A DNA stretch of 64,000 nucleotides. It comes from Actinomycetota bacterium. GTDB taxonomy: Bacteria; Actinomycetota; Acidimicrobiia; IMCC26256; PALSA-610. Location of the stretch: assembly GCA_003134555.1 (NCBI GenBank), contig PLBO01000131.1, positions 37,272-101,271 on the forward strand, read 5' to 3'. The notes beneath the pieces are model-generated. The model did no database searches, was not told the origin of the DNA, and saw only the letters and a program-made list of their open reading frames with translations. A program made the translations under genes and the position numbers. This document shows positions 17,444 through 26,339 of this stretch, one piece after another (the first letter of the stretch is position 1; the number at the start of each line of letters is the position of its first letter).

Positions 17444-20400
17444 GCGCACTCTTCCGTTCGCGCCGGCAGCGGTCGGCGCTCGGCTACTCGTTGCTCGCGC
17501 TGCTCGCGTACGTTCCACCGCTGCTCACCGCGCGCGGGCGCGTCGGCGCCGACACCAAGCAATACCTCTACCTCGACCCCGGCCGGCTGTTGTCGCGTTC
17601 GGTCTCGATGTGGGATCCGCACGTCGGCATGGGCACGGTCACCCACCAGACGATCGGATACGCGTTCCCGATGGGGCCGTACTACTGGCTCCTCGATCAA
17701 CTCGGATCGCCGGCGTGGGTCTCGCAACGGCTGTGGCTCGGTTCGCTGCTCTTCGTCGCCGCGCTCGGAGTGTTGTACCTCATGCGCACGTTCGGCCTCC
17801 GCGGTCCGGGCATCGTCATCGCCGCGATCGCGTACATGTGCACGCCGTACGTTCTCGATTACGCGGCCCGGATCTCGGTGCTGCTGATGCCGTGGGCCGC
17901 GTTGCCCTGGATGATCGCCGTCATTCGCAAGGCGTTGCGCGAGAAGGGGTGGCGCTATCCCGCGATCTTCGCGCTCATCGTGCAGGTGGTCGGCGGCGTG
18001 AACGCGACCGCCCTGATCTTCGCCGGGATCGGACCGGTGCTGTGGATCCTGTACGCGTGGCTCGTCGCGCGCGAGGTCGACGCCCGACGCGCGCTCGGCG
18101 TCGCAGTCCGTACCGGCGCGCTGACGCTACTTACTTCACTGTGGTGGATTTCCGGTCTACGCATGCAGGGCGCGTACGGCCTCGACGTGTTGAAGTACAG
18201 CGAGACCGTCCAGGCCGTCGCGCTCACGTCGACACCCAACGAGGTCTTGCGCGGCCTCGGCTACTGGTTCTTCTACGGCCAGGACCGGCTCGGGTCGTGG
18301 ATCGAGGCTGCGCACGACTACACCCAGCACTCGTACGTGATCCTTGCGGGCTACGGCCTCGTCGTGCTCTCCCTCCTCGCTGCCGCCTTCACGCGCTGGC
18401 GCCACCGCGCCTTCTTCGTGCTGCTGCTCTTCGTCGGCGTCGTCATCGCGGTCGGCGCGCATCCGTACGCGAGCCCCACCCCGCTCGGTGGATTGTTCAA
18501 GTCGTTCGCGAACGCGTCGACCGCCGGCCTCGCGCTTCGCAGCACGGGGCGGGCGGCTCCGCTGGTCGTGCTCGCACTCGCCGTGTTCCTCGGACTGGCC
18601 ACGAACTCAGTGTTCGGCTGGTTGCAGGCGCGCCGAAAGGTGGCGTTCGCATACGCCGTGCCCGCGCTCGTCGGCGTGCTGATCTTCGTGAACTTCCCGG
18701 CACTCGTCGACGGGACGTTCTACGGCAAGAACCTGCAGCGCGCCGAGAAGCTGCCGTCGTACTGGACGCAGGCGATCGCCGCACTCAACGGCGGCGACCA
18801 CCAGACCCGCATCCTCGAAGAGCCCGGTGCCGACTTCGCGTCGTACACGTGGGGCAACACGGTCGATCCGATCACACCCGGCCTCACCGACCGGCCGTAC
18901 GTCGCGCGCGAGCTCATCCCGTACGGGACGCCGGGCACCGCCGATCTCCTGAACGCGATCGATCGCCGGCTACAGGTGGGGGTCGCCGATCCGGGCGCGT
19001 TGGTCGCGTTGTGGCGGCGGATGGGCGTCGGCGACGTCGTCGCGCGCAACGACATCCAGTACGAGCGGTACGACCTCGTGCGGCCCCAGAATCTCTCGGC
19101 GGTGCTCGCCGCCACGCCGGGACTCGGTCGGCCGACCGGATACGGAACGCCTTCGAAGTTCCCGTTGCCGGCGGGATACAGCGACGAGATCAGCTTGATG
19201 ACGCCGTCGAACGCGCCGGCGGTCGCGCCGGTCGAGGTCTATCCGGTCACGAATCCGACCAGGATCGTGCGCGCCGAGTCGGTCGATCGCGGGTTGATGG
19301 TGAGCGGCGACGGTGAAGGTCTGGTCGACGTCGCCGGCGTCGGCCTCCTCGACGGCGCGGGGGTCGTGCGTTACTCCGCGTCGTACCCGACCGCGGCGTC
19401 GCTGCGCGACGCGACCTCGTCCGCCGACGTGCTGGTCGTCACCGACAACAACCGGTTGCGGGCGCGGCGCTGGACGAGCGTGAACGAGACCCTCGGGTTC
19501 ACAGAGCAGCAGAACGCGGCAGATCGACCGCTCACCACCGATCCCGGCGACGCGCGACTCGACGTGTTCCCGGGTCAGCAGCCGTCGGCGCTGACGACGA
19601 CCCGCGACATCGGCGTGCAACGGGTGGCCGCGACCGCGTTCGGCAACACGAACACGTACTGGCCCGAGGATCGGCCGTCCGCCGCGCTCGACGGCGATCC
19701 CGCCACCGCGTGGCGCACCCAGGCGTTCGGAGACGCGCGCGGTCAACGCATCGAGATCGATCTCGACGGCAAGATCACCACCGACCACGTCAACCTCGTG
19801 CAGCCGATCAACGGCGGGCGCGACCGATACATCACGAACGCGGTGCTGACGTTCGACGGCGGACGAGCGGTGAACGTCGTGCTCGACGGCCGCTCGCGCA
19901 CCGCTGCCGGACAGACGATCACGTTCCCGAGCCGGACGTTCCACACGCTCTCGATCCGCGTCGTCCAGGTGAACGACCACCGGCCGAACCTGTTCGGTCA
20001 AGCCGATCCCGTCGGCTTCGCCGAGATCCGCCTGCGCGACGCGCATGCGACTCACGATGTCCGGCTCCATGAGATCGTGCAGATGCCGAGCGACCTGCTC
20101 GATGCGCTCGGACCGGCGTCCGGCGAACATCCCTTGGCGCTCGTCATGAGTCGAGACGCAACCCGTCCGGTGCCGCCCCGCGACCAGCCCGAGTTGTCGA
20201 TCGCTCGACAATTCACGCTTCCGGCCGCGCGCACCTTCGACCTGACCGGCAATGCGACTGTGAGCACCGAAGCGCCCGACGCCGCGATCGAGAACGCGTT
20301 GCGGCCCGGCGCCGTCACGCCGGGCCGGCGCGTCTCGTCGAGCGCGTTCATGGCCGGGTGCCTGTCGTGTCGAGGTGGCGGAGCGTTCGACGACGATCCG

Positions 20401-21873
20401 ACCACGGCCTGGCAGACGCCGTTCGACCACGTGCGGGGGCAGTGGGCCGAGGTCGACTCCGCGCAACCGGTGACGATCGATCATCTCGACCTCGGGGTGA
20501 TCGCCGACGGCCGGCATTCGGTACCGACTCGGCTTCGGCTCGACGTCGACGGCACCAGTCGCGAGCTCACGGTGCCGAACATCGTCGACGACCCGGCCGG
20601 GAACACGCCCACCGCGGTGCATCTCGCATTTCCGGCAGTACGAGGGCGAAAGATCCGGGTGACGATCGAGAACATCCGCGAGGAGCACACGCGGCTGTTC
20701 GCGACCGCCGCCACGCGGGTCGAACCGGTTGGCATCGCGGCGTTCGGCATACCGGGAGTGACGGTGAAGCCCGCGAACACGGGCACGGTCGACAGCGGGT
20801 GCCGGTCCGATCTCGTCGCCATCGACGGCAACGCCATCCCGGTCCGCGTGACCGGCACGGCCACGGGTGCCCAGAGCGTGATGGGCCTCGCGGTGACGCC
20901 GTGCCGCTCCGCGGTCCGGCTGAGTGCGGGCCCGCATGTGCTCACGACCGCGCGCGGGAAGGACGTCGGCTTCTCGATCGACCGGCTCGTCCTCGCTTCC
21001 GGCACCGCCGCGACACCCATGACAACGGCGAGTGGTCACGTGCGAACGCCCGCGCAAATGCAGGGGCAAGCACCCGCCGGCGGCGCGCAGGCGCCCGTCG
21101 TCGACGTCGTGCACAACGGCGACACCAAGGTGCGCGTGCACGTGTCTGACGCGACGAAGCCGTTCTGGCTCGTGCTCGGTCAGTCGCGAAGCCCCGGCTG
21201 GCACGCGCATCTCGTCCGCGGCCCCGATCTCGGTCCTTCGCAGCTCGTCGACGGGTACGCGAACGGATGGCTGGTGACGCCACCGGCCGGCGGCGCGTTC
21301 GACGTCGTGTTCGAGTGGACGCCGCAGCGGCAGGTCTGGGCCGCGATCTGGCTCTCGCTCCTCGGTGTGCTCTTGTGCCTGACGATCATCGCGTTCACCT
21401 GGACGCGGCGGCGGTCCGTCGTCGCTACCGCGGCGACGCCCCGACCCGGCGATTCCGAGGTCGATCTGGCGTGGTCCGCACGCGCACCTGCGACGCGGGC
21501 GGGCACACGCGTCCGCTGGCTGGCACCCTTGGTCTCGGGATTGCTCGGTGCGTTGGTCGTGACACCTTGGGTCGGCGTGCTCGCGGCGGCCGTCACGTTC
21601 GCGGTGCTCGTGCGACCTCGGCTGCGGCCGCTGGCGATGCTCGTGCCCGCCGCGCTGCTCGCGTTGTGCGCGCTCTACATCGTGGTCCAGCAACATCGAT
21701 ACCGGTATCCCTCGGTGTTCGAGTGGCCGACGGTGTTCCCCCGCGCGCGCACACTGGCGTGGATCGCGGTCATGCTCCTCACGGCCGACGGCATCGTCGA
21801 GATCTTGCGCTCTCGCCCAGGCGTGGAGCCGAACGGGAAAAGGGGACCGGGCCGAGATCCTGGCGCGCCATAA
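17440..21873 (+). CDS. alpha-(1->3)-arabinofuranosyltransferase (AftD)-like GT-C membrane protein
   Basis: 1477 aa. The GTG overlaps the upstream TGA (GTGA). The N-terminus (GADTKQYLYLDPGRLLSRSVSMWDPHVGMGTVTHQTIGYAFPMGPYYW) is characteristic of the AftD/DUF3367 family. Multi-TM N-terminal domain, large extracytoplasmic beta-rich region with discoidin-like segments (DGDPATAWRT, DDDPTTAWQT), and C-terminal TM spans. Confidence 0.78.
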   Translation: MSALFRSRRQRSALGYSLLALLAYVPPLLTARGRVGADTKQYLYLDPGRLLSRSVSMWDPHVGMGTVTHQTIGYAFPMGPYYWLLDQLGSPAWVSQRLWLGSLLFVAALGVLYLMRTFGLRGPGIVIAAIAYMCTPYVLDYAARISVLLMPWAALPWMIAVIRKALREKGWRYPAIFALIVQVVGGVNATALIFAGIGPVLWILYAWLVAREVDARRALGVAVRTGALTLLTSLWWISGLRMQGAYGLDVLKYSETVQAVALTSTPNEVLRGLGYWFFYGQDRLGSWIEAAHDYTQHSYVILAGYGLVVLSLLAAAFTRWRHRAFFVLLLFVGVVIAVGAHPYASPTPLGGLFKSFANASTAGLALRSTGRAAPLVVLALAVFLGLATNSVFGWLQARRKVAFAYAVPALVGVLIFVNFPALVDGTFYGKNLQRAEKLPSYWTQAIAALNGGDHQTRILEEPGADFASYTWGNTVDPITPGLTDRPYVARELIPYGTPGTADLLNAIDRRLQVGVADPGALVALWRRMGVGDVVARNDIQYERYDLVRPQNLSAVLAATPGLGRPTGYGTPSKFPLPAGYSDEISLMTPSNAPAVAPVEVYPVTNPTRIVRAESVDRGLMVSGDGEGLVDVAGVGLLDGAGVVRYSASYPTAASLRDATSSADVLVVTDNNRLRARRWTSVNETLGFTEQQNAADRPLTTDPGDARLDVFPGQQPSALTTTRDIGVQRVAATAFGNTNTYWPEDRPSAALDGDPATAWRTQAFGDARGQRIEIDLDGKITTDHVNLVQPINGGRDRYITNAVLTFDGGRAVNVVLDGRSRTAAGQTITFPSRTFHTLSIRVVQVNDHRPNLFGQADPVGFAEIRLRDAHATHDVRLHEIVQMPSDLLDALGPASGEHPLALVMSRDATRPVPPRDQPELSIARQFTLPAARTFDLTGNATVSTEAPDAAIENALRPGAVTPGRRVSSSAFMAGCLSCRGGGAFDDDPTTAWQTPFDHVRGQWAEVDSAQPVTIDHLDLGVIADGRHSVPTRLRLDVDGTSRELTVPNIVDDPAGNTPTAVHLAFPAVRGRKIRVTIENIREEHTRLFATAATRVEPVGIAAFGIPGVTVKPANTGTVDSGCRSDLVAIDGNAIPVRVTGTATGAQSVMGLAVTPCRSAVRLSAGPHVLTTARGKDVGFSIDRLVLASGTAATPMTTASGHVRTPAQMQGQAPAGGAQAPVVDVVHNGDTKVRVHVSDATKPFWLVLGQSRSPGWHAHLVRGPDLGPSQLVDGYANGWLVTPPAGGAFDVVFEWTPQRQVWAAIWLSLLGVLLCLTIIAFTWTRRRSVVATAATPRPGDSEVDLAWSARAPATRAGTRVRWLAPLVSGLLGALVVTPWVGVLAAAVTFAVLVRPRLRPLAMLVPAALLALCALYIVVQQHRYRYPSVFEWPTVFPRARTLAWIAVMLLTADGIVEILRSRPGVEPNGKRGPGRDPGAP

Positions 21874-23469
21874 TTGTCCGTGCTCCAGGTGCGCGATCTC
21901 GCAGTCGAAGTCGGTGGGCGGTTCACGCTCACCGACGGCTCGTTCTCGCTGCACGCCGGCGACAAGGTCGGGCTGGTCGGCCGCAACGGCGCCGGTAAGA
22001 CGTCTCTCTTGAAGGTGCTCGCGGGTGCAACGCCGGCCGCGCACGGCGTCGTACTCCGTCCGGAGTCGGTGGGGTTTCTTCCGCAGGACCCACCGGCGCG
22101 CGGTGCGGGCCTCGACGGCACCGCACTCTCGCACGTGTTGTCGGGTCGCGGTCTCGACGTGGCCGTCCATCGTCTCGAGGAGCTCCGCGCGAAGCTCGAC
22201 GCCGATCCGTCGGCGCGCAACGTGAAGGCCTACGGCAACGCCGAGGACGCGTTCGCGTCGGCGGGCGGATATGCGGCCGAGTCGGAGGTCAGGCGGATCG
22301 TGGCGGGCCTCGGGCTCCCACCCGACCGGCTCGATCTCCCGATCAGCGCGCTGTCGGGGGGTGAGCGGCGCCGGGCCGAGCTGGCGCGGATCTTGTTCGC
22401 GGGCGGCGACCTCATGCTCCTCGACGAGCCGACGAACCACCTCGACGTCGACGCCAAGGCCTGGCTCACGTCGTTCCTGCGGACGTACCGCGGCGCGTTG
22501 CTCGTCATCAGCCACGACCTCGCATTGCTCGACCAGTCGATCACGCGTGTCCTGCATCTCGACGAGGGCGAGATCATCGAGTACCGGGGCACCTACTCCC
22601 AGTACCTCGTCGCGCGAAAGGCCGACGAGGTGCGGCGGGCGAAGATCGCGACTCGCCAGGATTCGGAGATCCGCCGGTTGAGCACGCTCGCCGATTCGAT
22701 GCGACACCAGACCCAGAAACGAGCGCGCATCGCCAAGACTCTCGACCGCCGGGTCGACAAGCTGAGTGCCAACCGCATCGAGCTCGGCAAAGCCGATCGC
22801 TCGCTGCGCGTGAAGCTGCCCGAACCGCCTCACGCGGGGAAAGTCGCGCTCGAGGTCGTCGACCTCGCCAAGGCGTTCGGTCCCAAGGTCGTGTTCGAGG
22901 ACGTCTCGTTCGAGGTCGGGCGCGGCGAACGGCTGCTCGTGCTCGGGCTGAACGGTGCGGGCAAGACCACGCTGCTGCGGTCCCTCGTCGGTGAGCTCGA
23001 GGCGGATCTCGGGGAGGTCGAGCTCGGATACCAGGTGTCGATGGGTTACTACGCCCAGGAACACGAAGGCATCACGCCGGGCCGCCCGGTGATCGAGCAC
23101 ATCCGCGAGGCTTCGGGCGAGGGCGAGCAGTACCTCCGGGGCCTGCTCGGGATGTTCGGGCTGCGCGGCGAGCTCGCGTTCCAGGATGCCGGCACGCTGT
23201 CGGGGGGCGAGAAGACGAAGCTCGCGCTCGCGATGCTCGTGGCGGGCCGTCACAACCTGCTGTTGCTCGACGAGCCGACGAACAACCTCGATCCGCCCTC
23301 GCGCACCGCGATCGGGAACGCCCTGCGCGAATGGACGGGAGCGATGGTGCTCGTCAGCCACGACCCCGAGTTCGTCACGGAGCTCGCCCCCGATCGGGTG
23401 TTGCTCATGCCCGAAGGAGTCGTCGACTACTGGTCGGACGACCTCCTCGACCTGGTCGAGCTGGCCTGA
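21874..23469 (+). CDS. ABC-F family ATPase (tandem ABC domains, no permease)
   Basis: Two Walker A motifs (GRNGAGKTSLLK, GLNGAGKTTLLR), two signature motifs (LSGGERRR, LSGGEKTK) and a charged linker between them. The start may be TTG 21874 or GTG 21880. Confidence 0.88.
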   Translation: MSVLQVRDLAVEVGGRFTLTDGSFSLHAGDKVGLVGRNGAGKTSLLKVLAGATPAAHGVVLRPESVGFLPQDPPARGAGLDGTALSHVLSGRGLDVAVHRLEELRAKLDADPSARNVKAYGNAEDAFASAGGYAAESEVRRIVAGLGLPPDRLDLPISALSGGERRRAELARILFAGGDLMLLDEPTNHLDVDAKAWLTSFLRTYRGALLVISHDLALLDQSITRVLHLDEGEIIEYRGTYSQYLVARKADEVRRAKIATRQDSEIRRLSTLADSMRHQTQKRARIAKTLDRRVDKLSANRIELGKADRSLRVKLPEPPHAGKVALEVVDLAKAFGPKVVFEDVSFEVGRGERLLVLGLNGAGKTTLLRSLVGELEADLGEVELGYQVSMGYYAQEHEGITPGRPVIEHIREASGEGEQYLRGLLGMFGLRGELAFQDAGTLSGGEKTKLALAMLVAGRHNLLLLDEPTNNLDPPSRTAIGNALREWTGAMVLVSHDPEFVTELAPDRVLLMPEGVVDYWSDDLLDLVELA

Positions 23470-23494
23470 TCTCCCGACGGCGAGCCCGGTATAC

Positions 23495-23510
23495 CTGACA
23501 CGAGCGTCAG
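23495..23510. promoter_or_regulatory. palindromic operator candidate, CTGAC-N6-GTCAG
   Basis: (C)CTGACACGAGCGTCAG(G), 37 nt upstream of the SBP1 ATG. Overlaps a -35-like hexamer. Confidence 0.6.
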
Positions 23511-23523
23511 GCGTGCTTATGAT
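23495..23523 (+). promoter_or_regulatory. sigma-70-type promoter candidate for the binding-protein operon
   Basis: CTGACA (23495-23500), a 17-nt spacer, then TATGAT (23518-23523). This leaves about 20 nt of leader carrying GGGGGAGG before ATG 23548. Confidence 0.5.
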
Positions 23524-23547
23524 GCGGGCCGAACGGGGGAGGTTGGG

Positions 23548-24927
23548 ATGAACTCACGACGGTGCTTCGTCGCATTCACGGTTGTCATCGCGCTCGCGCT
23601 CGCCGCGTGTGGAAGCAGCAACAAAGCCACGGTTGCGCCTGCGGCCACCACCACCACGACTGCGCCGGTCGTGTCGAAGGCGCCGGGAACCGGCGTGACC
23701 GCGACGTCGATCAAGATCGGCATCTCGCTCGTCGACTTCAAGTGCATTCAGCAGTTCATCGACTTCACGCGCCCCAACCAGCAAAGGGTCTACCAGGCGT
23801 TCATCGACGACGTGAACAAGAAGGGCGGCATCAACGGCCGCAAGATCATCGCCGACTTCCACACCGAGTGCCCGCTCACCCCGACGAGTGACTTGCTCGT
23901 GCAGGTGTGCACCAAGTTCACCGACGACGACAAGGTCTTCGCAGTGATGGGCAACCTCAGCGACGCGGCGCAGTCCGCGGCGCTGCACGTCTGTATCGCC
24001 AAGAAGCATCACACGCCCGTCGTCACCTTCCAGGTGACGCAGGACATGCTCAAGCAGGTTCCACCCGGTCTGATGGTCTTCCCCGGCACGACACCCGAGC
24101 GTTCGGATGCAGTGCTGTTCCAGCTGCTGAAGAAGCAGGGCACGCTCGACGGCAAGAAGGTCGCCGTGCTTGCGCAGCAGACCTCCGAGCCAGCGGTGAA
24201 GGCGGTCGTGCTGCCCGCGATCAAGAAGATCGGCGTCGCGACCGGCACGCCGGCCTACCTCACGATCAACGGTCCCGACACGACTGCGGCGCAGTCCCAG
24301 CTCGACAGCTTCATCGAGCGCTGGAAGTCTGAGGGTGTCAACGCGCTGTTCGTCACCGGTCAGGACGCCGTCACGAAGCAGTTCATCGAGAAGGTCGTGA
24401 AGCAGATGCCGGGCGTGATCCTCCTGACCGACGTCAGTGACGCGTTGCCGCAGGGGCAGGACGAGACCAAGGCCGGCGCGAACCCCAACCCGTACGAGGG
24501 CCTGTATCTCGCCGGCGGTTACCGGGCGGCCGACTACGCCAAGAGCGACAACTGGAAGTACTGCGCCTCGATCTACAAGGCCGAGTTGGGCAAGGACTCT
24601 CCTGGGCCGCTGGCGAACATCAAGGTCAACATCGGTGGCAAGGTGCTCCAGGACCAGACGTACAACCTCGTCAACGACGCGTGCCAGATGGTCTCGACGT
24701 TCCAGGAGATCGTCACCAAGATGGGCCAGTACGTGAACGCCGACAACTGGGTCGCGACCGTCAATTCGTACGGTCCGATCGTGAACCGCGGTGGTGGTCC
24801 GTACGCCGCCCTCCGGCAGGGCAAGTACGACACCGACGACACGTTCCAGCTCCAGCAGTTCGATTCGACGCTGCCGCCCAACGGCAACTGGAAGGCACTG
24901 GGCGAGTATCAGAACATCTCCAGCTAG
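23548..24927 (+). CDS. ABC transporter substrate-binding lipoprotein (LIV / periplasmic-binding-protein type I family)
   Basis: GGGGGAGG Shine-Dalgarno 5 nt upstream. Lipobox LALAACGSS, Thr-rich linker, then GVTATSIKIGISLVDF...QAFIDDVNKKGGINGRKI, typical of Leu/Ile/Val-binding-protein homologs. Confidence 0.82.
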   Translation: MNSRRCFVAFTVVIALALAACGSSNKATVAPAATTTTTAPVVSKAPGTGVTATSIKIGISLVDFKCIQQFIDFTRPNQQRVYQAFIDDVNKKGGINGRKIIADFHTECPLTPTSDLLVQVCTKFTDDDKVFAVMGNLSDAAQSAALHVCIAKKHHTPVVTFQVTQDMLKQVPPGLMVFPGTTPERSDAVLFQLLKKQGTLDGKKVAVLAQQTSEPAVKAVVLPAIKKIGVATGTPAYLTINGPDTTAAQSQLDSFIERWKSEGVNALFVTGQDAVTKQFIEKVVKQMPGVILLTDVSDALPQGQDETKAGANPNPYEGLYLAGGYRAADYAKSDNWKYCASIYKAELGKDSPGPLANIKVNIGGKVLQDQTYNLVNDACQMVSTFQEIVTKMGQYVNADNWVATVNSYGPIVNRGGGPYAALRQGKYDTDDTFQLQQFDSTLPPNGNWKALGEYQNISS

Positions 24928-24961
24928 TTGACGGAGGCTCCCGCTGAGAGACGTCGCCCGC

Positions 24962-24987
24962 GACACCCGCCGTATCCGGCGGGTGTC
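24962..24987 (+). other. GC-rich hairpin between or over the start of the two binding-protein genes
   Basis: GACACCCGCC, a 6-nt loop, then GGCGGGTGTC: a perfect 10-bp stem. The right arm contains GTG 24983. No U-tract follows. Confidence 0.6.
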
Positions 24988-26329
24988 ACTGGTCGGGTTG
25001 CTCGCCGTCGTCACCGCTGCGTGCGGTAGCGGTGCGCATCACGCAGAAGGGGGTAGCGGCACCACGGCCAGTGGTACGACGCGGCCGCAAGACACCTCGC
25101 TCGGGACCGGGGTCACCGCGACGCAGATCAAGATCGGCATCATGATGATCGACTTCTCGTGCATCGAGCAGTTCGTCGACGCGGTCGAGCCCGACCAACG
25201 CCAGGCGTACCAGATCTTCATCGACGACATCAACGAAAAGGGCGGGATCAACGGCCGCAAGATCACGCCGGTGTACAAGTCGTACTGCCCACCCGAGCTC
25301 CAGCCCGCGGAGGAGCTGACCGCGTGCACCTCGCTCACCGACGACGAGAAGGTGTTCGCCGCGATCGGCACGCTCTACGACCCGAACGGCACCGCGCAGC
25401 TCTGCTTCGCGAAGCAGCATCGCACGGTGGTCGTCGGCAGCCCGCTGACGCAGTCGGTCATCGACCGCGGACCGCCCGGGTTCATGCTGACTCCCGACAT
25501 CACGCCGGAGCGGCGCCTGAACGTGATCATGGCGTTGCTCGAGCAGAAGCATACGCTCGAGGGGAAGAAGGTGGCGATTGTCGACATCGCAGCCAATCGG
25601 CCGCGCGTCAATTCGGTCGTCGTTCCCGCCCTGCGCGTTCTCGGTGTGCGGCGCGGTACCGATGCGACGCTTACGATCGCGAGCTCCGACACGACCGCGG
25701 CATTGGGCCAGCTCGACAGTTTCATCGAGCACTGGAAGTCCGACGACACGAACGCGTTGATCCTGGTGGGCGACGAGGTGTCTTCGAAGCAGTTCGTCGA
25801 GAAGATCAAGGCGGCGATCCCGCAGATGACACTCGTGGCGGACACGACCGGTGTGCTCACCGGCGCGCGCGACGAGCAGAAGGCGCACGTCTCGCCGAAT
25901 CCGTACGACGGCATCATCACCGCCGAGGGTCAGACCGGGGTCGAGCACACCGAGACGCCGCACTTCGCGTTCTGCCGCGACATCTGGGAGAAGGCGACGG
26001 GGAAGAAGGTGCCGTCGCCGAACGAGGTCGTGAAGCTCCCGAACGGCAAGCAGAACGACATCTACAGCGAGGTCGAGGACGCCTGTCTCTACACGAACTT
26101 CTTCGCCACGATCGCCAAGCGGGTCGGCCCGTACCTCAACACCGCGAACTGGGTGAACACCGTCGACAACTTCGGACCGATCGACGACATGTCGACGATC
26201 TACGCATCGATCCAGCGCGGCAAGTACGACGCAGACAACACCTACGGCTTGGTCGCCTACGACCCGACGATCGGCGCGGCCGGCGACTGGAAGCACGTCA
26301 CGCCGGTCGAGAACGTCTCCGGCGGCTGA
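24983..26329 (+). CDS. ABC transporter substrate-binding lipoprotein, paralog of 23548..24927
   Basis: Same motif set (GVTATQIKIGIMMIDF...QIFIDDINEKGGINGRKI) and lipobox VTAACGSG. GTG 24983 leaves no charged n-region, so the true start may be CTG 24944 (see findings). Confidence 0.8.
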   Translation: MSLVGLLAVVTAACGSGAHHAEGGSGTTASGTTRPQDTSLGTGVTATQIKIGIMMIDFSCIEQFVDAVEPDQRQAYQIFIDDINEKGGINGRKITPVYKSYCPPELQPAEELTACTSLTDDEKVFAAIGTLYDPNGTAQLCFAKQHRTVVVGSPLTQSVIDRGPPGFMLTPDITPERRLNVIMALLEQKHTLEGKKVAIVDIAANRPRVNSVVVPALRVLGVRRGTDATLTIASSDTTAALGQLDSFIEHWKSDDTNALILVGDEVSSKQFVEKIKAAIPQMTLVADTTGVLTGARDEQKAHVSPNPYDGIITAEGQTGVEHTETPHFAFCRDIWEKATGKKVPSPNEVVKLPNGKQNDIYSEVEDACLYTNFFATIAKRVGPYLNTANWVNTVDNFGPIDDMSTIYASIQRGKYDADNTYGLVAYDPTIGAAGDWKHVTPVENVSGG

Positions 26330-26339
26330 CGGCCGGCGG

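Noticed and set aside
18970-23361. A very long antisense ORF (1463 aa). Similar long ORFs include 12766..15240 (-), 26257..28896 (-), 5516..7063 (-), 10345..12966 (+ part), 50018..51646 (+), 17232..19316 (+) and 1703..3466 (-).
   Set aside because: They are Arg/Pro/Gly/Ala-rich low-complexity translations. They overlap, on the opposite strand or out of frame, genes with clear family motifs. Such shadow ORFs are expected in high-GC DNA, where stop codons are rare.
24425-24438. A CTGAC-N4-GTCAG look-alike inside the first binding-protein gene.
   Set aside because: The spacer is 4 nt rather than 6, and it lies within coding sequence (LLTDVSDAL). It is most simply chance or a codon-driven sequence.
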